Assembly (NCBI GenBank): GCA_036785375.1
Contig: JAWMAR010000009.1
Span: 3,968,001 to 4,032,000 of the forward strand
Reading direction: 5' to 3'
From: Leucoraja ocellata
Taxonomy: Eukaryota
DNA: 64,000 nucleotides
In this document: piece after piece, positions 1-12,130 of the stretch
Layout of the letters: every line of letters begins with the position of its first letter
How positions within the stretch are numbered: the stretch's first letter is position 1
The notes under the pieces: generated by a model
What the model was told of the DNA's origin: nothing
The model's database searches: none
Seen by the model: the letters and a program-made list of their open reading frames with translations, nothing else
Position numbers and translations under genes: made by a program

Positions 1-257
1 AGAGAATCTCAAGAGTTTATATTCCAGTAGCTGGAAAGATCCCTTGGTGATCTTTAACCAGCTGAACCCCACTTACTACATGCAACAGGAGTTTGGAGCT
101 TGCTCACTGAATGAGGTTTGGACTTGTTCATCCCTCACTTTCAGCGACATGAAAGATCAGGGACTCGATCATTGTTCAGTACGAGCTGGAGAGTTTGCAT
201 TGCCAAGTTTTGTTTTGGTTAGTAATGTTAAAAAGTTGCAAATTTTGAATGGTGTGA

Positions 258-582
258 ACATAGAAACATAGACATAGAAAATAGGTGCAGGAGTAGGCCA
301 TTCGGCCCTTCAAGCCTGCACCGCCATTCAATATGATCATGGCTGATCATCCAACTCAGGATCCTGTACCTGCCTTCTCTCCATACCCCCTGATCCCTTT
401 AGCCACAAGGGCCACATCTAACTCCCTCTTAAATATTGCCAATGAACTGGCCTCAACAACCTTCTGTGACAGAGAATTCCATAGATTCAACACTCTCTGT
501 GTGAAAAATGTTTTTCTCATCTCGGTCCTAAAATATTTCCCCCTTATCCTTAAACTGTGACCCCTTGTTCTGGACTTCCCCA
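258..582 (-). mobile_element. CR1/HER1-type LINE, 5'-truncated 3' end
   Basis: ORF 356..583 encodes the CR1 ORF2 C-terminus (TRGHSLRI...FFTQRVLNLWNSL). Tail (CATAGAAA)-like repeats at 258-280. Near-identical to the end of the copy at 54890-55698. Confidence 0.9.
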
Positions 583-1022
583 AAGACCTTGGTCACCTGT
601 CACACAGAAGCTGAGCGTCAACAGATGTCACATGAAATAAAAACAGAGTCCAATCGCCTTGCTGTCGACATATTGTGCTGTTATTTTAAACATAAAGAGA
701 GAAATAAACCATGTGACGTGAGTCGCCCAGGCCTTTTTTCTCACTTCTGAAACATTGGTTCACTCTGCCTTATAGTGTGTTTGACCTGGCTGGAGGCTCA
801 GAGAGATGAAATGGGGGAGAGTTAGATAGAATTCAAAGCATAAAAAATACTTTGAACACATACAGGATCGTATTGTAAGATATTGAAGACGCTATAAATG
901 AGTTATTACCTTTGAAGTACTTTCACAATATATTTGCAAGATATTTATTTCACTTTTGTTTATTCAAGGTATCTGGGGTCTCAAGAAAGCCAGTGATTTA
1001 TTCAGTGCCCTCTCCCTGACAT

Positions 1023-1155
1023 GCAGTTTAAAGAATGGACTCGACCTGAAACGTCACCCATTCCTTCCTTCCAGAGATACTGCCTGTTCCACTGAGTTAC
1101 TCCAGCATTTTGTGTCTATCTTCAGTGTAAACCAGCATCTGCTGGTCCTTCCTGC
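1023..1155 (+). mobile_element. Penelope-related mini-element with degenerate hammerhead-like core
   Basis: gactcgacctgaaacgtcacccattccttc...gagttactccagcattttgtgtctatc, the family motif repeated more than 15 times in the window. Confidence 0.75.
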
Positions 1156-1419
1156 ACTTTGGTTTATTCATCCCTGGTTTTCCTTGAGCAGGTGATGCAG
1201 CCTGTGGTGAACAATGTTTTTTTCCAGTAGTTTGTCCTTGAATACACAAGTCAGGGCTATCATAACCATGGAGTACATTGGCTAGGAATACCCAATCGAA
1301 GGATAAATGCCGTTTAATCCGATGGATAAAAAAACAGAGGGTCTGCTTGAGAAAAAGCAGCATGTTTGGCACCTAGGGAGGAGGGAAGGAAGAAAGCCAA
1401 TGCTGTGACAATGCAATAA

Positions 1420-1612
1420 GTTCCACAATTCCACACTTCTGGGCATCCTGAACAGTATCCTATCACACGGGGGAAAACACACTTGGACAGGTACATGGAT
1501 CGGAAAGGTTTAGAGGGCCATGAACCAAATGCAGGCAAACGGGACAAGGTTAGAGGAGGCATCTTGATCGGGCATGGTCAAGATGGGTTGAATGGCCCGT
1601 TTCCGTGCTGTA
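1420..1612 (+). mobile_element. CR1-type LINE 3' end fragment
   Basis: cacttggacaggtacatggat...gagggccatgaaccaaatgcaggc...ggcccgtttccgtgctgta, the typical CR1/HER1 terminus. Confidence 0.7.
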
Positions 1613-2862
1613 GAGTGTTTGGTTGAACGTGCACTGATCTAGAGTTTATTGCCTAATAAAAGAAAACCAATACAAAAGTTCCCGTACATGCAAAGCTAGA
1701 CATACCCCGCAAACCTCCCCCCGCCCCTGGTGCTAAATCTAAAGTGAACGGGCTGCTAAAATGAAACGCAGCACATAAAATCCCCTCAATCTTAGTCATG
1801 CTGTCAAATCTCAGATTTCCTTGGAGGGATGGGTTGACACTTTCTTCTTACAAAGGAATCAATTTTACAAAATAAGATTTCCTTCATGTGACTTAAAAAA
1901 AAACAGGTTTTAAAATCAACTTCTAAATATGATGTCATTATTTAGCACTACTGCTCAACATGTAGTTTCAATCTATCAGGAATAAAAACAAAAGTGCTGG
2001 AAGAACTCAGGCAGTCCGGCAGGCAGCATCAGCGGGAAGGGAAACTCATCTGCGATTTTGGCGAGTGACTCCTCCTCTGATCCTATTTCTTCCCACATTT
2101 CAGTCTTAAGCAGTTTCCAGTATCTGCAATTTTATTTGTTTTCCTTCTGCCTGTTAAATCTGGGCCTTGGTGAAGATCGCAGCTTTCAATTATATTCTGC
2201 ACTGTTTGATGGGCGTCACATGCCAGCAGTTCATTTTGCACAGTATTGCTCTGAAGTGACTGCATTCCGAACTTGCTTTGATCAACCTGACTTGCCTTAC
2301 TGTGTATGGACACATGCAACATAGCTTCATCTGGAATAGTAATCATATATCACAGGACCATTTCAATTGTCAACCCTTTGGGTGGAGTCCTTTATTAATA
2401 AGTGCAAATCTAAAAGTTTCCTGCCGGGTAATCAAACGCCAAGAATGAAATATTAGTCTTTGGGGAAACTTGTTAAAGGTCTTTTATTCTTTTATCCATC
2501 ATCCTTTTATTTTTTGCAATTTATGCCTTTGTTGTTCAGCCAAATAGAAATGTTTCTCAAACCAAATATTACCACAAGGTGGCACTCAGACGAAGAAGTT
2601 AACATGCTCGCAATCCTTATTTTTCCTTATCATATACAGTCCTCATTTCTATGGAAGATATTTAATTAATTTTTGAAGTGTAAATGAATGTTTTAAAGAA
2701 CTTAGTTATGCTAGCTACCTTAAATAACTAAGATAGTGGTCAATAATGCAATGCTAATTTTAAGTTAGCTTGCATGGCTAATTTCATGCTTATATTGGCC
2801 ATTGGCAGCTTACACTGTTTCAACACCACTTAAAGAAGGAGTATATGAACAATTCACATTCA

Positions 2863-3027
2863 NNNNNNNNNNNNNNNNNNNNNNNNNNNNNNNNNNNNNN
2901 NNNNNNNNNNNNNNNNNNNNNNNNNNNNNNNNNNNNNNNNNNNNNNNNNNNNNNNNNNNNNNNNNNNNNNNNNNNNNNNNNNNNNNNNNNNNNNNNNNNN
3001 NNNNNNNNNNNNNNNNNNNNNNNNNNN
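2863..3027. other. assembly gap
   Basis: Run of N. Confidence 1.
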
Positions 3028-4353
3028 TTGTGTGTATGTATATGTAGCCGTCAGCTCGGCCGCTGCATGGGCTATAGTGCATCTGCCCTGCATGGGCTAT
3101 AGTGCCCTGACGACAGGCCCAGGCTCGTCCTTGGTTCCAGCGGCGGCTTCTTTCTCGGTCCCAGTCACGGCCCCATCCCAAGCCCCGGGCACAATCTGGT
3201 TAATTCCTATTTTCTTCCAAACGCTAGGCCACAGCCTTCTCATTTTCACACATTCTACTCACATTTTTCCCGATAAACATCTTCCCGTCGCATTCCCACC
3301 TATATTTCTGAACTTTTTAATCGCTTAAAGTTTTAAAAACAGCCTGAATACTTGCCCATTTCGGGAAAAAAACCCCCAGTGATGTCACAATGGACTTGCA
3401 AGGCAGGACGGGACACTCTGGGAGGGAGGGGCACTCCAGCGCTCATGCAGCAGCTGCCGGCGCCCGACATCTGGTGGCGAGGGAGGTGCCGCGGGCCCTG
3501 GCTGGAGCCGAGCTGGAGTGAGAGCCGAGCCCGGGGCTTGGGATGGGGCTGTGACCGGGACCGAGATAGAAGCCGCCGCTGGAACCAAGGACGAGCCTGG
3601 GCCCATCGTCAGGGCACTATAGCCCATGCAGGGCAGATGCACTATAGCCCATGCAGGGCAGGTGCACTATAGCCCATGCAGCGGCCGAGCTGACGGCTAC
3701 AGTCTACAGCCAGGGCCGGGCCGGGTACAAGAACCAGGCCGAGTTCGAGGCCCTGGCGCTGCTCTACGACCTGGGTAGGTCCTGGGGCAGGGAATGGGAG
3801 TGTAGGGGAGGTGGATGAGGGAAATGAGGAGGAGGGAGATATGGTGGGGAGTGGGGTGGTAGAGGGAGATGGGGGGGGGGGGGGGTGGAGGAGGGAGATG
3901 GGAAGGGGTGGAGGAGGGAGATGCTCCATCCCTATCTACCCTCACTCCCACCCTCTACCCCTCCCTCTCTACCCCCTCATCTCTACCTCTCTCTCTCCCT
4001 CTCCCTCTCCCTCTCTAACCTCCCTTCCCCCAACTCTACCCCCCTCCCACTCTCACTCTACCCCCAAGCCCCCCTCCCTCTACCCTTCCTCTCTTCTTCC
4101 CTCCCTCTCCCTCTCTACCCCCCTTCCACTCCCCCATCCCTCTCTACCCCCCCCTTATCTAGGGATTGAAGAGGGAGGGTGAAGAGGAAGAGGAGGGAGT
4201 GGTGGGGGATGAGAAGAAATGAGCCGTGCCTGCGCAGTTGGGGGCTATGAGTGAGTGGTGCAATATAGGGTTGGGGGAATGGCTTGCGTGGGGGAGCGGG
4301 TGGTGGAATCTTACGTTGGGGAGCAGACCCAACTTGGTCTGCACTTGGTCTAG
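3028..4353 (+). mobile_element. Non-autonomous Helitron-like element with internal inverted repeat
   Basis: 3' end gcagacc-caactt-ggtctgc hairpin (4323-4342), then 7 nt, CTAG (4350-4353) and a flanking T, matching the Helitron 3' signature. Shares blocks with 24217-24799. Inverted repeat 3043-3190 / 3529-3701. Confidence 0.7.
3614..3681 (+). repeat. 25-bp tandem repeat (gcactatagcccatgcagggcag(a/g)t), about 2.7 copies
   Basis: Unit starts at 3614, 3639 and 3664. The inverted arm at 3043-3190 has one unit fewer. Confidence 0.9.
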
Positions 4354-4913
4354 TCTCCTATAATCTTTCCTCTCACCTTAGAGCTATGCCCTCTTGACTT
4401 TGACATTTCCACCCAGGGGAAAAAGGTTCTGACTGTCTATCCTACCTGGGTCTCTCATATTTTTAATATAATTTTATGTAGAAGGTTTCTCTTTTCTCCC
4501 GGTTTTCTTGACTTGTCCAATTCACCAGTGAACAGCTGACTGGTACATGTGACACAAATCAACAGAGGCAGTCTGCAAAACTGCCACTTGAGCTTGGTTT
4601 AGCAAGCAAACAAACAAAACAGTCAATGTCAAGTTTTCCCTCATTTAGAGAATCCTTGCCCCAGGATTCTTCAGAGGACTTTTATGCCCATTTAGACATC
4701 TTTTCAGCAAGCTTTCTCAGCTACAATGTGATACCAACAGCAGTCACATCTTCCCCTCCCAATCCCTTTCTGTTTTCCGCCAGGCCCACTCTCTCTCTGA
4801 ATCCTTGGTTCACTCCCTCACCTCAAGCACTTTCCGCTGAATCCGTACACCCTCTCTCTCACCTCCATCCAGGGACCTAAACAGCCTGCCCAGTTGTGAC
4901 AGTGATTCGTGTG

Positions 4914-6273
4914 TGTAACAAAATATATGTAGGAATCAAGGATTTGGGTCTATGAATGGAGAAAGCACATCTCAAAGATTACAAATAACTCATTATTAAA
5001 GCAAAATAGTAGTAAAATACAGAAATGCTATCAATAAAGTAACAATACAAAATAACAGGTCTCATGGCCCTCTGCGTATTCGAGTCTGTTATCTGCACTG
5101 GCTGGCACCATCACACACCACTGTCCTAGCTCTGTTTCTCCCTCCCCCCGAAGGTGAAGCTCTCCTCTAGCAGCGCGTTAGTCATTTCTACTTTTTTTGA
5201 ATTTTTTAGTATGTCCAAATGTCTCTCGGTGTGTTTTGTGTGGGGGGGTGTTGAGGGGGGGGGTAAGGGGGAAACTGCTTTTGGTCACCTCCTCCACGGA
5301 GAGGTGACTTTTTCCAGTTGCCTCCCTCGCGGCCTAACACCAAGGATTGGTGTGGCCTTTCCCGGAGTCGGGCCCGGAGCTTCAGCAGCGGGCGCAGCGT
5401 GGACTTTCCCCGATCGCTGGCCCGTTCAGCCTGGAGTTGCGGTCTGCAGAGCTTCTAGCCACAGGTGCGGCATCTGGAGCCTGAGATCCCTCGTTGGGGA
5501 CCCCCGGAGAAGAAGAGCTCCAACCCACCGGCCCGCGGCCTACAACACCTTGAAGCCACGGACTGCGGAGCTTTTAGGCGCGGCGTCCGGAGCCTGGGAT
5601 CCCTCGTTGGGGACCCCCGGAGGAGAAGAGCTCCGACCGCCGGCCTGCGGCCTACGTCATCCTGAAGCCACGGTCTTCGGTAGGGAAGCAACGATTTGGG
5701 ACACCTTCCAGCCTGTCATCTGGCCTCCTGAAGCTGCGACTGCGGAGGTTATGGCCTCGACCACGGGGAAAAATGGAGGAGGGCTGACAATACTTTGTGC
5801 CTTCCACCACAGTGAAGAATGCTGTGGCGGATGTTTGTGTTAAATTTTGATTGTGTATTATGTGTTCTTTTTTATTGTACCGCTGCTGGCAAAATTCATT
5901 TCACTGCATTTTATTGTGTATATGATGAATAAATCTGATTGATTGATTGATTTATTGATTGGAAGAATGCACTTCTATAGTAACTTTATCTCTGAGAACA
6001 ATAGATGACTATGTGTCAAAACTAGCTACCCTCCTTGGTGCATAATGGTGTGAGTTATGTGTCCTATCGGACACCGAGCTCGTCCCGGATGTCACGAGGA
6101 CAGCAAAGCTTATCTTAGTGACCTCGCAAATGGCTACAAGAATTACTGGTCCCTTCAAGTTAGCCTAAGTATTCTTTGAAAACATCTACTAAGCAGGGTT
6201 TGAAATGTGGTGCTGCTAATTTAGCTGACAGCTCCGTTTTAGCGGACATAGTCGGTTTATCCCTTATATTACA
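4914..6273. mobile_element. Solo-LTR-like insertion (TGTAA...TTACA) carrying a nested GC-rich element
   Basis: Termini tgtaacaaaa / ttatattaca are inverted. It splits a contiguous Penelope sequence. The flanks gtgtg/atatg are only an imperfect 5-bp TSD. Confidence 0.5.
5150..5960 (+). mobile_element. Unclassified GC/CpG-rich SINE-like retroelement with (GATT)n tail
   Basis: CpG-rich body with an internal duplication (ggagcctg.gatccctcgttggggacccccggag at about 5477 and 5589). Ends ttcactgca...gatgaataaa(tctgat)(tgat)n. The 229-aa ORF has no recognisable motif. Confidence 0.55.
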
Positions 6274-6716
6274 ATATGCTCTTCCTCCAACCTCTCCTAT
6301 TGCATTAGAAGCATCTTGCGTGGCTTCCTCTACGCTGCTGAGACCAAGCACAGACTATGCAACCATATTGCTAAGCATCAGCACTCTGTAAGCCATGGGG
6401 ACCTGGAGCTCCTGGTTTCAAGCCATTTCAATTCCTCTTTCCATTCCCAAACCAACTTGTCTGACCTCAGCCTCCTCCACTGTCAGGATTAGGCCAAATG
6501 CAAACTGGAGCACCAGCATCTCGCATTCTGCTTGGGTAGCCTACAGCCCAATGGCATGAATATTAAAATTTCCTATTTCAAACAGCCCACTTTCTGCCTG
6601 TCCTTTTCTCTCTCTTTCTGATCAACATAGGTCCTTTCACGCATATCCTTCTTTTCCAAAACTTCCTTCCCCGGAACTTGAACACTCAGTTTCTTTCCCT
6701 CTGCTATCTAGATCAT

Positions 6717-6850
6717 CAGTCTGAAGAAGGGTCTCGACCTGAAATGTCACCTATCCTTGTTTTCCATCTATGCTGCCTGACCTGCTGCGTTACTCCGGCA
6801 CTTTGTGTCTTTTTTTATGTAAAGCAGCATCTGCAGTTCCTGGTTTCTAT
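6717..6850 (+). mobile_element. Penelope-related mini-element with hammerhead-like core
   Basis: cagtCTGAAGAagggtctcgacctGAAAtgtcacc followed by the family body. Confidence 0.8.
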
Positions 6851-7344
6851 GTCATCTGCCCATTGCCCACAGGCTCATCCCACAGAGTTCCTATCGCCTC
6901 CCATTCCCATCTGCCCACCTTCCCCGTCCTTGTCTGCTTCCACTCTTCCTTTCTTATTAGATTTCATAATCTGCAACTCTTTGCTATCTCCACCCATCAC
7001 CTCCCAATCTGTATCACTATCTCCAACCTTCTACTTGACTCCATCTGCCAATTCCTCGTCCCATAGAGTCAGCGTGGAAACAGGCCCTTCGGCCCAACAT
7101 CTGGATCCACCTATCACCTACCTTGCTGCACTCCAACCGACTCCATTTTTTTACTGGCAATCTCCTCTCTATTCTTTCACAGCAGATGGTCTCACCCTGA
7201 ATAGTTAACTGACTATTTCCTTCCACAGATGTTGCCTGGCCCACTGAATTCCTCCAACACTTTTTTAAATCTCAGCTGATCTTTGTAATTTAAATGGGTT
7301 TTTTTTTGTCCTGTGACCTTTGCCAGTTTGTGAGTCAATAAGCA

Positions 7345-8000
7345 AACCACAAAATGGTGGAGGAACTCAATTGGTTTGCAAGCATCTGTGAAGGGAATGT
7401 ACAGACAATCTTTTGGTCTGGACCCTTCTTCAGACTAGAGAGTTGGGAGGAGAAAGCTGGAAAAGAGAGGTGGTGGTGGGTCAAGGCTGACAAGTGAAAG
7501 GCTTGTTACAGATGAGGCATTGATTGGCAGATGCATGGTGACAATGATCAGAGGTAAAAATAAGACAAAAGGGTCTCAAATAAGGAGAGGAGGAGTGAAA
7601 TGTAAAGCTGAATGGCGGGATATGGGTAGAAAAGGATAGGAGTAGGGGAAAAAGTGGGGATAAAAGGGAAATGGAGAACTTGGGGACGGGAGATGAGCAT
7701 ACCGAGGAGTGGAAAGGAGCAGTATGTCTGAGTGAGGTGGAGGTGGAGAGAGAAACGTGTGCAGCGGAAGGAAAGGGGGGTAGGTGGGTGGTGGGCATTG
7801 CTTAAAATTGGAGAATGTAATGTTTATACCATTGAGTTGTAATTTTCCTACCTCCAGTTCGCCCCCCTCCCCCCCCCCCCCTCACCTCCAACCGCTCGGC
7901 TTTTAGTCTGAAGAAGGGTTCCGACCCGAAACATCAAGCGTTGCTTTTCTCCAGGGATGCTGCCTGATCCGCTGAGTTGCTGCAGCACTTTGTGTCTCTG
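7345..8000. mobile_element. Inverted pair of Penelope-related termini flanking a purine-rich spacer
   Basis: gacccttcttcagact (minus, about 7421-7436) and agtctgaagaagggttccgacccgaaacatc (plus, about 7905-7934). Confidence 0.65.
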
Positions 8001-8340
8001 TCCTAAAACTGATCCACCCTGACAGTTTTGTCAGCTGGCAAAGCCCCATCTCCAGCACTACTAACCATCTAAACTGTGAGGATGCTCCTTTTCATTAAAT
8101 ATCACTGATATTCAGTGCCATTTAAAAACCATTAAAGTCCAAGAACATTTTTTAATTAATTAATTAGCAAAATCGATAAATTATTAAAAAAATTAAACTA
8201 GACCAAAATAATTTTAAAGAAGAATCTTGCCTTCCTCTTTGCTTCCCAGTGTAAAAGTTCCCTTGAAATCACTAGGGGGCTGAAATGCTCTGTCAATTTA
8301 GACCCGGCACAGAATCTGAGAGACAGATCCCTGGTGTGAT

Positions 8341-8541
8341 GTGTAGGAAGGAACTGCAGATTTTGGTTAACTCCCAAGATAGATAAAATGCTGGAATAAC
8401 TCAGCGGGTTAGGCAGCATCTCTGGAGAGAAGGAATGGGTGACGTTTCGGGTCTGAAGAAAGATCTTAACCCGAAATGTCACCCATTCCTTCGCTCCAGA
8501 GATGCGGCCTGTCCCACTGAGTTACTCCAGCATTTTGTGTG
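8341..8541. mobile_element. Palindromic Penelope-related mini-element with about 15-17-bp TSD
   Basis: Arms about 8381-8452 and 8470-8540 are reverse complements, with central CTGAAGA...GAAAtgtc. Flanks gatccctggtgtgat (8326-8340) / gatccctagtgtaat (8542-8556). Confidence 0.85.
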
Positions 8542-9302
8542 GATCCCTAGTGTAATGTATTTGCCTGTGAATGCATGGAGATATTGGACTTAACACAGCA
8601 TAAACTGCTCTATTGTTCTGCCCGAAATCACCAGCATTAGTTAGGAAATTCTGGTGCTGTATGTGACTGCTGATTTATCTTGTGTTTGCATTATTATCCT
8701 CAGTGTGAAGTTGCAATATATAAAGTTTGTCAGTTTAATCCTGAAGGAGATGTGAATATTGAATGGAATATTTAGATGGTGGCATGATTGACACTGCAAT
8801 CATATTCTTATTTGTGTGTTGCTGAGTCTATTAAGTTTTTGGTTCTTTTATTCCTTTCCCCACGGAGTGCATTGCAGCAAAGCAAGCTCAGGAATTAAAT
8901 GGGATTCAATGCTTATTTATATCAGTTAACCTTTTTAAGTAGGATTGAGTGAATCAGCACTTTTTATCTTCACTTGAATTTGTTGAAGGTAGATAAATGT
9001 ACAGTAAATTGTGTTAAATTGCAGATCAAGTCAAACAACTTTTTCAAAGGAGAAAGTAACTAAACCATGGTAGGAGCAAGAATGGAGGTGTATATTGCGT
9101 ACTGAATATCTGTATTTTTCATATATTTGCTTTATCGATTTTTATTAAAGAAGAAGCAGAGAGATGAATACTAACCTTTCTTTACTAAACATGGTAGAAA
9201 GTAATGACAGCAATTTCTGATAATCCCATTACTTGGTAATCCGAATGGTTCAGCATCGGTTTACCCAGTGATGTTTCCCACTTTCCCGTTAAATTCACCG
9301 GG

Positions 9303-10663
9303 TAGGGTTGCCAACTGTCCCGTATAAGCCGGGACATCCCATATATCCCAAATATAAGCCGGGACATCCCATATATTGGGCTAAATTGGTTTGTCCCACA
9401 CGGGACCGCTCTTGTCCCGTATTTGACTGCTACTACTTGGGTCGAGGGGATTGTCGGGTCGGAGCGGCACGTCCGGCCCCGCCTCACCCGTCCCGACATA
9501 GTGCAGCCCGTGGAGTGCAGCAGCAGGGCCTCTCCGGCTGGCTGTCCGACCTTCGGACTGTTGCTTGCCGCCGACACCACCATCCCTCCTTCTCATGACC
9601 GATCATATAACCATATAACCATATAACAATTACAGCACGGAAACAGGCCATCTCGACCCTTCTAGTCCGTGCTGAACACATAATCTCCCCTAGTCCCATA
9701 TACCTGCGCTCAGACCATAACCCTCCATTCCCTTTCCATCCATATAACTATCCAATTTATTTTTAAATGATAAAAACGAACCTGCCTCCACCACCTTCAC
9801 TGGAAGCTCATTCCACACAGCTACCACTCTCTGAGTAAAGAAGTTCCCCCTCATGTTACCCCTAAACTTCAGTCCCTTAATTCTCAAGTCATCTCCCCTT
9901 GTTTGAATCTTCCCTACTCTCAGTGGGAAAAGCTTTTCCACATCAACTCTGTCTATCCCTCTCATCATTTTAAAAACCTCTATCAAGTCCCCCCTTAACC
10001 TTCTGCGCTCCAAAGAATAAAGCCCTAACTTGTTCAACCTTTCTCTGTAACTTAGTTGCTGAAACCCAGGCAACATTCTAGTAAATCTCCTCTGTACTCT
10101 CTCTATTTTGTTGACATCCTTCCTATAGTTAGGCGACCAAAACTGTGCACCATACTCCAGAATTGGCCTCACCAATGCCTTGTACAATTTTAACATTACA
10201 TCCCAACTTCTATACTCAATGCTCTGATTTATAAAGGCCAGCACACCAAAAGCTTTCTTTACCACCCTATCTACACGAGAGTCCACTTTCAGGGAACTGT
10301 GCACAGTTATTCCCAGATCCCTCTGTTCACCTACATTCTTCAATTCCCTACCATTTACCATGTACGTCCTATTTTGATTTGTCCTGCCAAGATGTAGCAC
10401 CTCACACTTATCAGCATTAAACTCCATCTGCCATCTTTCAACCCACTCTTCCAACTGGCATCATCAGTTCATGAGTTTGATGCGGTGCCGGGCCAAAACT
10501 CCTCAGCTTCCCCATTGGCTGGGCTTTGTGTGCAGTCCAGCACCCGGGCCAACTCATCATTCACCCAGCCATGCCCGAGTTGGTCAACGAATTGCCATCA
10601 GGAATTTGTCCCTTATTTTGATCTTTCGTCCATTATTTGGGAATGTGAAAGTTGGCAACCCTA
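9303..10663. mobile_element. Non-autonomous hAT (Blackjack-like TIR) with nested CR1
   Basis: TIR tagggttgccaact / agttggcaacccta. Perfect 8-bp TSD tcaccggg (9295-9302, 10664-10671). Subterminal repeats tataagccgggacatcccatatat x2. Confidence 0.9.
9603..10460 (-). mobile_element. CR1-type LINE, 5'-truncated, with open 254-aa ORF2 C-terminus
   Basis: ORF 9690..10454 (WQMEFNADKCEVLHLG...LYKALVRPILEY...LERRRLRGDLIEVFK). (CATATAAC)3 tail at 9605-9628. Confidence 0.95.
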
Positions 10664-10671
10664 TCACCGGG

Positions 10672-11045
10672 ACTCCATTGCTTGTAATCCATTTTAACTC
10701 ACTGGGCCCCATTTCCTGTGCTCCAGTGAAACGCCCTGTTTCTTGAGCTCCCCTTAAGCTCAAGGGGCCCTGTTTCCTGCTTTATCTTCAAATCTACCCA
10801 GACCCTGTTTCCTACGCTCCCTTTAAACTCTCCAGGACCCTATTTTCTGCGCTCTCTTCAAACTCATGGGGACCCAGTTTTTCACACCTGCTTGAAACTC
10901 ACCACATTTATTTCCCATGCTCTCTTGCAATCCACTAGAGACTTGTTTTCTCAACTCCCCTGAATGTCACTGCCTTCCCTTTCTCATATCCTTTCAAACT
11001 CACCAGGGCCATTTCCTGTGCTTCCGTTAAACCTACTGGGTTCAT
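10672..11045 (+). repeat. Diverged minisatellite, unit about 33-35 bp
   Basis: Recurring aaactcac..ggccc(c/t)(a/g)tttcctg.gctccc.tt, about 10 degenerate units. One more unit lies left of the hAT at about 9260-9302. Confidence 0.7.
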
Positions 11046-11164
11046 TGCAATATTTATTTAGCGACCAAGTAACATCTCAAATTTAGTGAATTAACAATAC
11101 CGTGGGATATTAATAGGTACAGCAGCCAATAATGCTGCAAATTTGGCAGTCTGGCATCACTGTG

Positions 11165-11305
11165 GTACATGGAATAGTACAGCAGAGGAACAGGCCCTTC
11201 AGCCCACAATGTCTGTGCCGAACATGATGATGCCAAGATAAACTGATCTCACCTGACTGCACATGATCCATAACCCTCCATTCCCTGCCTAACCAAAGTC
11301 TCAAC
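11165..11305 (-). mobile_element. CR1-type 3' end fragment
   Basis: ggaacaggcccttcagcccacaatgtctgtgccgaacatgatg... Confidence 0.65.
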
Positions 11306-11939
11306 CATGCCAGATGAATGGAATTTTACTGTATCCTTGACAAATGTAGTCTGATTTGGGGCATACACTTTGCTGATTTCCGACAACCAAGAAGCTCAGC
11401 GAGCTCGTACTTTTACGATTGCAATGACAGGGAAACTTTACGTTTGCCGTCACTGTAATGGGAAACCGACAGCAATTTTGGAGTAGCTGTGAGCGAGAGT
11501 TTAAATTCTTAAGTCGCTGTCAATGATTCAACCCACACTCACTCTCATGGTGCAGTGTTGGCAGCCCTCTCCACCACAACCCAGGGGAATAAATGATCAG
11601 GCAAGTGTTTCTGAAGTAATCTCACTTTGACAGGCTCTGAAATAGTTATGCTTTTGATGAGGTCCCAGTGAGCATTTAATGATATACAACGCCAATAATA
11701 CCCAAGGTAAATAGTAAATTCATTGAACCTATAAACAACATATATATATTTCTAAATAATATGACTTTTAAATAATGTTATAATTTAAGTTATAATTTTG
11801 TCTTTTTAAATAAAGTTTAGTATTGATATTTCAAATCCAAACTTAATGAGTACATGCTCCAATTTTTATTTTGTGTTTCATAAAACATTTGAGGCATGTG
11901 ATAGAAGTTTTCTTTTCAAGATGGCCCCGAATCTTCTCC

Positions 11940-12130
11940 ATAAGGCTATCAGGGTTCCAGGCAAGAATTGCAGAACATGCGGAAGGCTCCATTTAAATCA
12001 TATAGATGCAAGGAGACTGTGGCCGGGCGTGAATAAACATCAGGGGTGACAAGAAACAAATTAGGGGCAACCCCTGCCAAAGATGCTGGGTGAGCTTAAT
12101 GCCTTTTGAAACTGCTTTGAGCAGGTGAAC
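11940..12130 (+). mobile_element. Rex1/Babar LINE ORF fragment
   Basis: Translates to DARRLW.G.N and (D/G)ELNAF..FE, typical Rex1 pre-RT motifs. Confidence 0.55.

Larger units (their letters stand above)
4620..6580 (+). mobile_element. Decayed Penelope-like element (GIY-YIG endonuclease region) interrupted by nested inserts
   Basis: IQGPKQ-like segment at 4867-4913 resumes at about 6275 with an NLxYCI...GxLYxxETK-like GIY-YIG motif and ccatttcaattcc (HFNS). Confidence 0.7.

Noticed and set aside
2802-3181. ORFs spanning N runs (also near 28071-28453 and 33321-33722)
   Set aside because: Their length is produced by assembly gaps.
5154-5843. 229-aa ORF as a host gene
   Set aside because: No recognisable domain, GTG start, and it lies within a GC-rich repeat with an internal duplication.
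8197-8207. actagacca as another Helitron end
   Set aside because: No hairpin or subterminal homology follows, so it is a chance match.
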